A stretch of 64,000 bases of DNA. It comes from Camelus dromedarius (taxonomy: Eukaryota). The notes under the pieces were generated by a model. It was not told where the DNA came from. It saw only the letters and a program-made list of their open reading frames with translations, and made no database searches. The stretch spans positions 55,120,001 through 55,184,000 of the forward strand of contig NC_087436.1 in NCBI RefSeq assembly GCF_036321535.1, written 5' to 3'. The translations under genes were made by a program, and so were the position numbers. Numbering within the stretch: position 1 is the first letter of the stretch; each line of letters starts with the position of its first letter. Positions 1-11,859 of the stretch are shown one piece after another.

Positions 1-1032
1 TAGTAAGAACAAATAATTTATAATCAATATATCTTAGTTAATGTCCTAATTATGCCTCTTGTTTTAACCATTTATAAATTGATATTTCTTGGTAATTTCT
101 CCAATTTCTATTGCAAGACTTACAATACCCTCAGAAATCTCCCATCCCAATTAATTCTTTGCACTTCCTGTGCATGTTTCAGATAGGAACAGAAATTAAC
201 ATTTAACTATCTTCAATACTCTGGTCACCTCTAGTAACAGCCACTTCTCACTTAAGCGCTCATATTTGAGGCCATTCTCATAGGTTCTGTTTCTCCCACT
301 GTGCTATTTACTGTCAGGCATCACTGTCATTGGCTCCCTCTGGGTATCACCATTGGTACTGTCAGTATCCACTGTTTGTGCTTTTTAAAGACCTTTCTTT
401 GATAAAGTCAATGTGTGAATCTTATAGAAGCTGGCAGTTTTCCTTTCTCTCTGCTTGAGTGTTGTTTTTATCCTCAGGGTACCAAAAGCCTTATTGCTTA
501 TACTGCAGTATCTTACAAAACTTTTATGAAATAATTTTTTTGGCCCTCTTTTGTAGCTACTGTCACCTACACCCACCATAAATACACATACCATTTCTCC
601 TTGTCCTTTGCTAAGAAATGTAAGAATGGGTGAAATGAGAGTAAACAAAAATTAATTATTGTGATAAACACATGATAATTTTTTCTTGGATTTTAAGTTG
701 ATTGCAAGGGAAGAGGAACAAGAGCAGGCATAAGCATATGAAAAACAAAAATTCACGAGTGTGTAGTGTATGTGTACCACTGTGCCTAAGAGATGTGTTG
801 TTGTGCTATAATACACTGTACATTTAGGAGATGTCATTCAAGAATTAAATCAAGAGGGTGTTGTCTTACAGTAAAGCGGTCTGTATTCATCAGAGGGAGA
901 TGACTAGGGGATGTACAGGTTATTTAACACATTCATTATTCAATAAACATTTTTTGATGATCGACTGGATAAAGGGTAAAAATACCATGTCAGAGTTATA
1001 TATGATATAAAGCTATATATAGCTATATAGAG

Positions 1033-1524
1033 TGAAGGGGAGAATAGGCCACCCCAAAATATGTCATTTTGGCATATTAATTGTTTTGAATTAAACTTAT
1101 TTAAGAAACACCCAGTGCAAGAAGAACAATCTCACCCCTCTTTGTTCCCCTGAAAGCAAGAAATAAATCCACCATGTGAAAGGTGCCCTCCCTGTGCCAG
1201 GCAGGAGGGAGTTATCCTCATTACCACAGTTAGGAAATTCAAGGCTGAGAAGCCTGTGTAAACAAACCTTGTTACTTCTTCACTAATTTATCACCCCAAG
1301 CCCAAACCTCTTTGTCTTGTCAATTCTTCACAGATTTATTGTTTCTTTGTGTAAAAGGTGTAAAAGCTGCTTGCTTTGGTCATGTCTTTGAATATATTTT
1401 TATGAGCTCCCGTTTGTACAAAATTAAATTTGTTTTTCTCCTGTTAATTTACCTTATGTCAATTTAATTATTAGGCCAGCCAAAAAACCTAGAAAGGAAG
1501 AAGGAAAAGTTTTTCTTCCATACA
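1033..1524 (+). mobile_element. Solo ERV1 LTR, MER34-like
   Basis: TG...CA termini. Starts tgaaggggagaataggccaccccaaaatatgtcattttggcatatt and ends aaaagtttttcttccataca, both typical of the MER34 group. Flanks agag/agaa suggest a degenerate 4-bp TSD. Confidence 0.85.
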
Positions 1525-1929
1525 AGAACTATAAAGGATGTGGCTACTACTTTTACATTAGGAGAAGTTGAAAAATATTGGCGTTGTCAATGTTTGGGTT
1601 TTTAATTATGTCAGCTATAATAGCTTCTGCTTGTGCCCTTCAGTGTAATCTTGAACTGGTGCCTAAGGGTTTTGAAGGGATCATCCATCCCCTATCAGAG
1701 AGTGAGTCTGAAGATGAATTTGAGTTATAAACACTATACTAAACTTTCATTGTCCCTTGCCTCTAACAACTGAAGTTTTAATACTAGATCAAATATGTCC
1801 TCCTCATTCTCTTTTCTTTGTATAAACACATTCTTAAGAGGCTTTTAAGTTCCTTATGCAAACAGACTGGGTCAATCTGACCAATTTGACAGATTCTTCA
1901 AGGTATGCACAAATACTACTATTGGATTT

Positions 1930-2050
1930 AGTTGAGCTACAAACTGGACTCTACTCATCAATCAGCATGTGTCTAGATAAAGTACTCAATTGCTTTGTTT
2001 CTCATCTCTCACTTGTAAAGTGAAGTGAAGAGTAATGATACCTATTTTAA
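1930..2050 (+). mobile_element. MIR SINE fragment
   Basis: Degenerate MIR core (..tttctcatctctcacttgtaaagtg..gtaatgatacctat). Confidence 0.5.
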
Positions 2051-2239
2051 AAATTTAACCCACCTTATATCACAAAAAAATCTTAACTAGATTAAAATAA
2101 ATGTACATGCTAAGTTAATGACATAATAGAAATAGAAAAGTTGAGAACAGGCATTATAAATAGAAGTAAAATAGTAAAACTAAATATTTGTTAAAAGCAT
2201 AATTAATTATCAGTATTTATTTTCTTATGAGCTTTCATG

Positions 2240-2596
2240 ATACAGGGACTCTCAAAATCTAAGAGTGAAGCAGGGACATTGAGAAAATTCTGGCATTCTA
2301 GGCCCCACATTAAGTTGCACACTGAGCACATGTCCTGCCAATGGAGTCACTTGGAGTCTGTGGTGCACTGAGATAACTATAGCAACACAAAACCCCAAAT
2401 CCAGCTTCTCATCAGATTAACTCCAATGCCTATGTTAACAGCCAGACAGAAGAAGTGATGTATCTTCTTCTAGACATAAACTATATTTAGCTGTCTCTAT
2501 TTTTATTTTTTACACAGGATTTGCCATTCAGACAAAAATTACAAGATATGAAAAAAAAATCAACTCTACTAATTCATTATTATGCAGTAAATCAAT
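2240..2596 (+). mobile_element. Old L1M 5'UTR fragment
   Basis: gataactatagcaacacaaaaccccaaatccagc...cagacaaaaattacaagatatgaaaaaa resembles the region upstream of ORF1 in ancient L1M. Confidence 0.55.
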
Positions 2597-4547
2597 CAGT
2601 ATTATTTTCCATAGTGGCTGTACCAGTTTACATTCCCACATACAGTGCACAGGGATTCCTTTTTATCCACATCCTCGCTAGCACTTGTTATTTCTTATCT
2701 TTTAGATAAATAATCATTCTAATAAGGGTAAGTTGTATTGTGATTTTGATTTGCATTTCCCTGATGATTAATGATATAGAGTATCTTCTCCTGTACCTGT
2801 TGGTCATCTATATGTGTACTCCAGAAAAATGTCTATTCAGATATTCTGCCCATTTTTAATGGATTGCTTTTTGGCTGTTGAGTTATATGAGTTCTTTATG
2901 TATTTTGGATAATAACTCCTTATCAGATACATTATTTGAAGATATTTTTCCCATTCAGTAGGTTGCATTTTCACTTTGTTGATGGTTTTCTTTGCTATAC
3001 AGAAGAATTTTAGTTTGATATTATCCCACTTTTTTTTTTTATATTTGTTTCTTTTGCTTTTGATGTCAGGTTTGAAAAAAATCATTGCAAGATCTATGCT
3101 TACACCTATGTTTCCTTCTAGGCATTTCATGTTTCAGGTGTTACATTCAAGTCTTTAATTTGTTTTGAGTTAATTTTTTGTATATGGTGTAAGATTGTGG
3201 TCCAGTTTCATTCTTTTGCTTGTGGCTGTCCAGCTTTCCCAACACCATTTATTGAAGAGACTGTTCTTTTCCCATTGTATAGTCTTGGCTTATTTGTCAT
3301 AAATTAATTAACCATATATGTATGAGTTCATTTCTGGGCTCTATATTTGGTTCCATTGATCTATGTGTCTATTTTTATGCCAATACCATAATTTTTTTAA
3401 ATTACTATATAATTGTTATATAGTTTGAAGTCAGGTAGCATGACACCTCTAGCTTTGTTTTTCTTGCTCAAGATCGTTTTTACTATTTGAGGTCTTTCAT
3501 GGTTCTATTCACATTTTAGGATAGTTTCTTCTGTTTTGTGAAAAATACCATCAGAATTTTGATAGTGATTGCATTGAATCTGTAGATTTCTTAGTAGTAA
3601 GGACATTTTAACACAATGTTAATTCTTCCAGTCATGAGCATCTTTCCATTTATTTGTGTTTTCCTCAGTTGCTTTCATTACTGTCTTGTAGTTTTCAATA
3701 TACTGGTCTGTCACCTCCTTGGTTAAATTTACTCCTAGATTTTTTTTATTTTTATGCAATTATAAATGAGATTGTTTACTTAATCTTTCTGATAGTTCAT
3801 TATTAGTGTATATAAATACAACACATTTTTGAGTATTGCTTTTGTATCCTTTAACTTTACTGAATTGGTTTATTGCTTCTAACAGTTTTTTTATGGAGTC
3901 TTTAGGGTTTTCTATATATAATATCAGTCATCTGGAAACAATGACAGTTTTATTGTTTCTTTCCAGTTTAGGAGACTTTTATTTCTTTTTCTTGCCTAAT
4001 TGTTCTGGCTAGGACTTCTAATACTGTGCCGAATAAAGGACCAGAGTGGGCATTCTTGTTTTGTTTCTGATCCTAAAGATATATTCCCTGTATATCTGCT
4101 CTGTTGAGAAGTTTATATACATTTTTTATAAATGGATGTTGAATTTTGTCAAAAGCCTTTTCTACATCTATTGAGATGATTTTATAAACCTTAGCCTTCA
4201 TTCTGTTAAAGTGGTGTATCACATGGACTGACTTGCAGATGTAGAACCATTCTTGCATCCCTGGAATAAATCCTACTTGATCATGGTGTATGATACTATT
4301 AATACATTGTTGAATTTGGTTTGCTAACATTTGTTGAGGATTTTTGCTTTTATGTTTATCAGAGATATTGGCCTGTAATTTTCTTTTCTCGTGGCATCCT
4401 TGTCTGGTTTTGTTATCAGGACTTCGCTGGCCTTATAAAATGAGTTTGGAAGGGTTTAAGAAGAATTTATACTAATTATTCATTGAATATGTTATAGCAT
4501 TCAGAGTGAAGCTGTGTGATCTTGGACTTTTGATATGTGGTAGTTTT
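2597..4547 (-). mobile_element. L1 LINE ORF2 remnant (RT domain to C-terminal region), frameshifted, 3'UTR missing
   Basis: ORF 4073..4330(-) has [16 protein letters not shown] and [17 protein letters not shown] (L1 RT). ORF 2837..3130(-) has KWDNIKLKFFCIAKKTINKVKMQPTEWEK (ORF2 C-terminal part). Confidence 0.95.
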
Positions 4548-4667
4548 CCAGCTAGCCTTTAGGTGGTTTTAAGAGAAAATTGTTCCATATGTAGATGTAA
4601 ACTCAGTGTGTCTATGGGAGGGGGTGAGTTCAGGATCTTCCTATGTCACCACTTGAGCCAGAACTCC
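4548..4667 (-). mobile_element. Extreme 5' end of a laurasiatherian-type L1 (5'UTR nt ~1-120)
   Basis: Reverse complement reads ggagttctggctcaagtggtgacataggaagatcctgaactcaccccctcccatagacacac...catatggaacaatt, matching the caagatggcg..taggaagaccctgaactcacctcctccca L1 start motif. Confidence 0.75.
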
Positions 4668-5227
4668 CAACTTTATTAATTTTTAATATTAAGTACATAA
4701 GGGCATACAGGAAAACAAAAGTGAATAATCCCAAACTGGTAAGATTTGGGGGTTTACATGCCATCTAAATAGGGGAAAAGGAGGAGGGATGTAGGCAACT
4801 TGGATAAGAGTGAATGATTTTTGGGAAAGATGAATGAGTCCTTGGAAGAGTAGATGGGGGTAGAGTGACCTTTGACAAAGTTGTCGGAGTGTGGTGTGGA
4901 CTTCTAGTGACCTTTCCTGTGGTAAGAGTCAACCTTCTCTGATTGATGAGACTACCAAGAAGGACATTGATGACAGTTGAGTTCATTTTGGAGGATCTGT
5001 CTTTAAGCAATTAAAAGGAGTTCAGACTGAAGCATTGTGCTATACACCGGAAATAGACACAGCATTGTTAAACTGACTATATCTCAATAAAAACAATATT
5101 AAATTAAAAAAGAGGCGTTCACAGAAAGTCTCTTCCTGCATCTGCTGTCTTCTCAAGTGTTTCCAAGTTCAATATAAATGATATACTAAAGTGGCATATT
5201 TGTGGTAACATGTCCTGAATTCCTTCA
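4668..5227 (-). mobile_element. MER34-like ERV1 solo LTR, U5 end missing, interrupted by a short L1
   Basis: Reverse complement starts tgaaggaattcaggacatgttaccacaaatatgccactttagtatatc. Poly(A)-signal-like aataaag on the minus strand at ~4671-4677. Confidence 0.8.
5027..5109 (+). mobile_element. Severely 5'-truncated camelid-type L1 (3' terminus only)
   Basis: ctgaagcattgtgctatacaccggaaatagacacagcattgttaaactgactatatctcaataaaaa plus A-rich tail. Degenerate TSD aaaaggagttcaga (5013-5026) / aagaggcgttcaca (5110-5123). Confidence 0.8.
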
Positions 5228-5414
5228 AAACAAATAGAATTACCTTTTTTCTTCTCTGGCATATTTATAGAATGGGGTGTTCTAATAATCATTTTTATGA
5301 GATTTTACTTTTATGTGTATACACACAAATACATTAATATTTCCAAGTAATTAAAATGTCCTGCTGATATAAGTACAATTTAATGTGGGTTTTTTTAGAT
5401 TTTTAAATATTTTT

Positions 5415-5605
5415 AAAATGTAACTTATTTCAAAACAGTTTCAAAAAAACAGAAATGTGAGAATTTAAAAAAGAAACCCCATGTATCCTTTACCTAGGGT
5501 CATCAAGTAGTTAAATTTGCTAAAATTACCATTCCATTATTTCTGTATACATATTATTACTGTTTTTCTCAACTATCTGAGAGTAAGTTGCAGATATTAT
5601 GTACC
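5415..5605 (-). mobile_element. L1MC/ME 3'UTR end fragment
   Basis: ccccatgtatcctttacctag...tttttctcaactatctgagagtaagttgcagatattatg, typical of the L1MC4/5 3' end. Confidence 0.55.
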
Positions 5606-5689
5606 ATTTGTAGCATTTGATTTTCATACATTTCTCTACTATCTTTGAATATATATGAATTATGTGGTGCTGTTGTAATTAGATTTACT

Positions 5690-6000
5690 GATCTATTCAG
5701 TATTTATTCAAAACATATTTCTTGAGTACTCAACATGCAGCTACAGTGCTAAACAAATTAGATATAATCCCTGCTCTCGTCAGTTTTACAAGGGAAAATA
5801 ATAAGTACAATAGAAATATGATGAGGGTTATGGTAATAAGAATAAAATTGATGTGCATGCACAAAGCAGGAACATCTGATATATATTCATGTATCTGAAA
5901 AATCTGGAGACAGGAATATTTAATCAAGGACTGAAGAATTAAGCCCTAGGAGAAGCAGGGAAAAGGGTCTTCATACAGAGGGGACTGACTCTGAGTAGAG
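5690..6000 (-). mobile_element. L2 LINE 3' fragment
   Basis: tatttattcaaaacatatttcttgagtac...aatccctgctctcgtcagttttaca (L2 tail in reverse). Confidence 0.6.
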
Positions 6001-7054
6001 CTTCAGAGGTGAAACAATATGCTCACACCCAACAACATCCATAACCTTGGTCTCTAGTATAATTCTTTGAGCTGGATAATATAAAACATGGTAATTACTC
6101 AGGGTTATTTCCTTTTGTACATAATGAAATCAAGGATAAGCGCTTTCACTTGATCTCAGGCAGCAGCAGTGAGAATGCTTGCATGTTCTTTTGTTTATGA
6201 AGGGCAAAGTAGAGAAAGATAGACTTCTCTGGAAGGTAGAACAACTCCCTGATGTTATTTATTAGATAGTAGAGGAACTTCAGATAGCAGGCATTTCCAG
6301 GAGAGCTTGGAAAAATGACTATTGCAGTGAGGCAGTGTAGGTGCTTTTCCCAGAAGAGGAGATCTCCCCTTGACACCCATGAGTTAATATTCGAGCTGGA
6401 GAAGAGAGATGAGTGCCTACCAGCAGAGCAGGAAGCAATTTCACCATCCACTGAGGCACCACTATGGATGGCAACTAAGGAGAGAAGACATCAGTCAGAT
6501 GAACTGACTAAAAGCACTACCTGTATACAACCAGGCACAACCAGAGATACCTCAGGATAACCTCAGGCCAATCTTTTTATGGGATGACTTGAAACTGTTG
6601 AATCACGTAAAATTGCTCATCCCTGGACATGGCTACTGCAAATTGTGTGTCTTAGCATTCTGTGAGAGGCTGGAGACAGGCATATGGTAGTCTCACTCCA
6701 AGTGTTCCCTGGACTAAAGTAAGCTGGCATTTTGTGTGCAGGCACCTCTTTGTGAACAACGCTATCAAGAAACGTTTGGAAGAGTTTAAATTCTTGTATT
6801 AAAATATAAAATGTATGAAATTAAGGCATACTTATGAAAATTCAAGCACTCTTAAAACTATACATGCATACTAATACCTTTAGTGAAAACGAAATATCAT
6901 AAAGCAAATATGTGATGAATCTTAGAACTATAAGTGCTCTCCAATTTTATATACAATTATATATGTATACATATGTACTGATTCTTTTTTTTTTTTTTTT
7001 TTTGGACTGATGATTTCTGTTGCAGTCTTTGCTACAGTATTATAATTATTGGCT

Positions 7055-7160
7055 GTTTTCCTATCTCTTCAGTTTAAAGGTGGGCCCCATGTTTTGTTTT
7101 TCTGTGTTTTTACCTTGCCTAATATAGCAAGGGGCACTAACTAATGTGTGGATGAATAAA
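7055..7160 (+). mobile_element. L2 3' end fragment
   Basis: ccttgcctaatatagcaaggggcactaactaatgtgtggatgaataaat. Confidence 0.4.
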
Positions 7161-8903
7161 TCCATTCAGTTCAACCAAAGTCATGTATTGATTGATCTAA
7201 TCATTGGAATTATGAATTCCTACACATAATAATCATAACAAGATTAGCTTCTAGACAGGAGGTTCAGATTTTATAATACTCTTCAGTATTTAAAATAAGA
7301 TATTTATATTTTAGCTATAAGTGTTTCAAGAAACTAAATTTATGTTTAAAAATAATAAATAGGCTAAAGATCCAATCCCTCTTTCCTCTACCTGTGCTTA
7401 GAGTTAGAGGAACATTCTGAGAAAACTTTTTGGAAAAGGATACAATGAATTCAGATTTATTTTCTAGAGACAGCATTTGTTAAGGGCTAAATGAGCTTCC
7501 TACTGAAGAACTTCTGGAACTTCCCTGAGTCTTCCCGTCTGCCTCACAACTTCAAAGTGCTAGAAGAGCAGCAAAGCTTCCCAATTGATGCATCATATTT
7601 CAATTAACCATCCAGAGTTCACCAATCAGTTAGCTAATGAAATTTTACTTCCCAATTGTGATGAGAATAAAGAAACAGCACTATGTTTTACTGAGCTGGG
7701 TCATTCAATACCCTGACCTTAAGCAAAGATGAAATTTTAAGCAAACCCCGACTCATTATCTCTGCAAGCTGAGGTCTAAAGGGCAAGGTTATTAGTGGTG
7801 ACTTCCAAAACAACTTAATGTATGTTTCATGGAAATGGTCAAAAAAATCTTTTTAGTGAAGGAAATGCCACATCATTTACTTGTAGGGGCTCAGTCACAA
7901 AAAGGCCAGAATGATAATACAGGGCAAATGATTGTTTTAGCCTGATGATTTTCAGGAAGTTGATTAGCATTGCTAGGAATTCATTGTATTAAATTATTCT
8001 TTTATTATGTATAAATGAAAAGTTTTTAAAGTTACTTTTCTTTTGGAATATTTTAAACTTGAACTTTTCCTCATTTTATTCTGCTCAAGCAAGGGTCACA
8101 AAAGAAACTAGGGGAAAGAACTCTGTAAAGCTGTCCAGACAGTATGAATTACTGGGGAGATGCTCGGAAGCAGGAACATTTACTATTTTCATTTTGAAGC
8201 TTCTTATCTCCCAAGAAAGCTCCATAGATGAATGAATAGTACATTAGAGTAGCAAGTTGAGTCATATGCAAAGATTTCAGGACTTCACCCCAAAGGGATC
8301 TGCTATTCAAACTGTCTCTCTATGTGTATGTGTGAGCAAAAGTCAAAGGTGATATCCGTCAAAATTATCTATGTGGTTTTTCTGTGTGACCTTTATAGTA
8401 AGGACATTTTAGCACACATGGATGTAAGTAAATGACAGCTTTAAGAAGATGACTTGTAAGGACATCATCCAAAGCACCATTTTAATTACTGTTCTTTAAC
8501 AGGAGCTACTTAGATATAACATTCATTTTGGAGCACATGCATCTGTCTGGATTCATCCCTCCTCAAACTTGTCTGTATTTCCCCTCAAGCTTGTCTGTAT
8601 TTAAAAGTCATCAATAATGAAACTAATTTCTTTCATCTCTATGGGTGCTGACAATGAAAAATGAGCAAACAAGTTAGAGTGAATATAATTATTAGATGCC
8701 CAAATATATTGCTGTTCATCATGGCAAGGGGGCTGGGCATTTTGTTGATCTGGGTACATTGTACAACATCCGACAGAGCCATTTCAGTTTCTTTCAAAAT
8801 AATAAATGGTCAGAGATCTCAACCACAGCCTAGTAACTTGTACAGGATCTAGTTCTCTATACAGACATGTTGCATTATCTTTGCCTACATTAATCTTTTT
8901 TGC

Positions 8904-8956
8904 AAAAGAAAGGAAGGAAGGAAGGGAGAGAGGGAGGGAAGAAAAGAAGGAAGAAA
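8904..8956. repeat. Purine-rich (GGAA/GA) simple repeat
   Basis: aaaagaaaggaaggaaggaagggagagagggagggaagaaaagaaggaagaaa. Confidence 0.85.
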
Positions 8957-9269
8957 CTCACAAACTGTAGGAGTTGGAGATAATAAGATTGCTGTCTGTC
9001 TTTTTTTCTTTTTCTCATTGGTAGACAAGATTTCTAATTTTTGTGTTATTCTTCTCCTTTTATGATTATTCTTGTACTTTGAAGGATTGAAAAAATATTA
9101 TGGATAAGGATGTGAGTAACCATGCACTGTTTTTGTTTTGCTTTGTTTTGAAACTCGAGTTGCATTTGTTTGTACATATGTACAGGTATACAGTACTTCA
9201 ACATATCTGTGCATGAGCAATTAATAACAATATGGGTTTGTATACATCAGTTTAGAGCATGTTCTCCTC

Positions 9270-9585
9270 ATTAATTTATCCAATCAATATACAAAATCAT
9301 ATTTCTTAAGTGCCTACACCTGCTAATAGAACTCTAGGCCCTGGGGATATGAAATTAAACAAAACTTAAAGTCTCTGTTCTCATGGAATTTGAATATTAA
9401 TGGAAGTCAGGAAAGAAAATAAACAGAAAAGCGTATGTAATATTCTAGGTCACGATAAGAGTGTATGAACAAAAAATGAGTAGGGTAAATGGTCTGGAAA
9501 ATTCTCTTCGATAAGATAATTGAAGAGAGATCTGAGAGGAGGACAAAAGGCCTTAGGATTTCTTCAGGTAGAGTGTTCTTGAGAA
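9270..9585 (-). mobile_element. L2 LINE 3' fragment
   Basis: catatttcttaagtgcctac...ggccctggggatatg...aaagtctctgttctcatggaattt. Confidence 0.7.
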
Positions 9586-9594
9586 CATATATTT

Positions 9595-10505
9595 AGGGAT
9601 GAAGGAGTATTAATCACTCCATAGTATATAGATATTAAAATGATAAGAAAGGAATTCTACAAATAACTCTATGCCCACAAATTTGACAACCTAGATGAAA
9701 TAGACCAACTTCTTAAAAGAACAAAATACCAAAACTTACTCAAAAAGAAATAATTTAATAGGGCTATATCCATTAAAGAAATTTAATACGTAATTTAAAA
9801 TCTTTCAACAGTGAAACCAACCTCAGATATGTTCACAGTGAATTCATCCATGCATTTATAAAAGAAATAAACCAAATTCCACAAGTGTCTTTCAGAAAAT
9901 AGATACCAGATAAGATGAAAACAATACCCATTCATTTAATGAGTCTTTTGTTACTCTAATGCTAAAAGCAAATAAAGATATTATGAGAAATAAAAACTGT
10001 ACATCAATACACCTCATGAATATAGACACAAAAATTCTCAGTAGAATATTAACATTTTGTATGCAGCAAAATGTAAAAGCAATAATGTATGACAAAGAAA
10101 TAGGATTTACCCCAGGAAACTGGTCCAAAACTTAAAAATCAATCAGTGTAATTCACCATATTAACAAGCTAAAGATAAAAGCAGAAATATTATTTGACAA
10201 GTTCAACATCCATTCCTGATAAAAACACTTGGCAGTCTCAGAATGAAAGGAGACATTCTTAACTAATAAATGATATCTTTAAAACAAGCAAAAAAAAAAT
10301 AAAAACCGCTATAGCTAATATCATGATTAATAATGCAGATCTTAACTTTCTGCCCATAAGTTTAAGAATGAAGCATGCTATGTCCTTCTTGCCACTCTCA
10401 TTCAACTAGTTCTGGAAATCATAACCAGTGCAATATAATAATAAGAAGAAATAAAGAGTATATATTTGAAAGAAAGAAATGAGTATGTCTATTTGCAGAT
10501 GATGT
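9595..10505 (+). mobile_element. Old L1M ORF2 fragment (Z to RT region), decayed
   Basis: aactctatgcccacaaatttgacaacctagatgaaatagaccaacttctt (LYAHKFDNLDEIDQLL-like), ggatttaccccagga, and tctatttgcagatgat (YADD-equivalent). Confidence 0.9.
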
Positions 10506-10509
10506 GTTC

Positions 10510-11100
10510 AAACCCTCAATGAGGAAACAACCCAAATGTCTTTCAGCTTCTGCATAGATACAAAAACTGTGGTGCATGCGAACAGTGGAATACTACTCAT
10601 TGATAAAAAGTCTTTTAATATGTGCAACACTATATATGGTTATGACTGTATATAGTATATCAAGTGCCTAATGCTGAGCAAAAAAAAAAAGCTAGTCTCT
10701 AAATATTATATATAATTCTATTTATATTGTATTCTCAAACCGACACAAATATAATGTGGAGAACGGATGAGTGGTGAATGGCCAAGGGTTAGAAATGTGT
10801 GGGGAGGAAGGAGTGTATGGGAATTATAACCAAACCTGATTATGGTGATGGTCACACAGAGTTGAAACACACACACAGTAAAATAGCACTCACATTTATT
10901 AGAATAGTTAAAGTCATATACACCGACAGTACCAAGTCCTGACCAGAACACGGAGCAATTGGAATTTCCATAAACTGCTGGTGAAAGTGCAAAGTGGCAC
11001 AGCCATTGTGGAAAACAAACTCTCAGCATAGATCCCAGCAATCTGAATCTTAGATATTAAAACAAGGGGAAGAAAAATTAATATTCAAACACAAAAGTAC
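10510..11100 (+). mobile_element. L1MC/MD ORF2-end and 3'UTR fragments
   Basis: gaaacaacccaaatgtctttcag...aaactgtggtgcatg...ggaatactactca; ggagcaattggaatttccataaactgctggtgaaagtgcaaagtggcacagcca. Confidence 0.75.
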
Positions 11101-11104
11101 TTAA

Positions 11105-11845
11105 TAATTCCAATTATTATATGTGGAAGCAATGAAGGAAATAGAAAGTTATCATTAGGATACCACACTGCAAAAAAAGTCCTCCAATTGTTGCAAAAAT
11201 CAGTGGGCAGATAACTGAGGAGAAAGAGGATATTTGCATACTCTCAACATTTCTTCTATAAGTATTGATTAATTACAAAGAGGAAAAATAATAACTTTGC
11301 ACTAGAGAAACTCTGAAGGTAACACCTTAACCAGATGATCAAGTTTTGAAATACCAGCCTGAGACATAACAGCATCATTGAACATCTGATATAATATACT
11401 AAGATGAACAAATCATTTGTAGTACTCCTCCCTAAAATGCATAACCTAATCTAATCTTGAAAATTTAGTAAGATGCAAATTGAAGAACATTCTACAAAAA
11501 ACTAACTAGTATGCTTCAAAAGTGTTAAGGTCATGAAAGACAAGGAAAGAATGGAAAAGACCAAAGAGACATGACAACAAATTGCAGTGTGAAATACTGA
11601 ATTGAATCCCATCACAGAAAGAGGACATTAGTTGGAAAAAATGCTGCAATCCAAATATCCAAATAGACTTTCTACTCTAGTTAAAAGTATTGTACTAGTG
11701 TTAATTTCTTAGTTTTGTTCATGTGCTATGGTTAAGGAATTTGTTAACATTAGGGGAAGATAGTGAAGGCAAATGTGAACTGTGTATTATTTTTCAACTT
11801 TTCTCTTAGCCTGAAAGTATTTTGAATTCAGAAGTTAAAAATAAT
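11105..11845 (+). mobile_element. L1MC4-like 3'UTR
   Basis: ttgattaattacaaagaggaaaaataataactttgcactagagaaac...caccttaaccag...gtcatgaaagacaaggaaaga...gacatgacaac. Confidence 0.75.
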
Positions 11846-11859
11846 ATTCACAATAATGT

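Noticed and set aside
2561..4681. Possible TSD caactctactaatt / caactttattaatt around the L1
   Set aside because: 12/14 match, but the left copy is not adjacent to a poly(T) tail and is explicable as part of the older L1M fragment. Likely chance in AT-rich DNA.
1033..5227. Provirus bounded by two MER34-like LTRs
   Set aside because: The LTRs are in opposite orientation and dissimilar internally, and the intervening DNA is L1 and unique sequence with no PBS, gag or pol.
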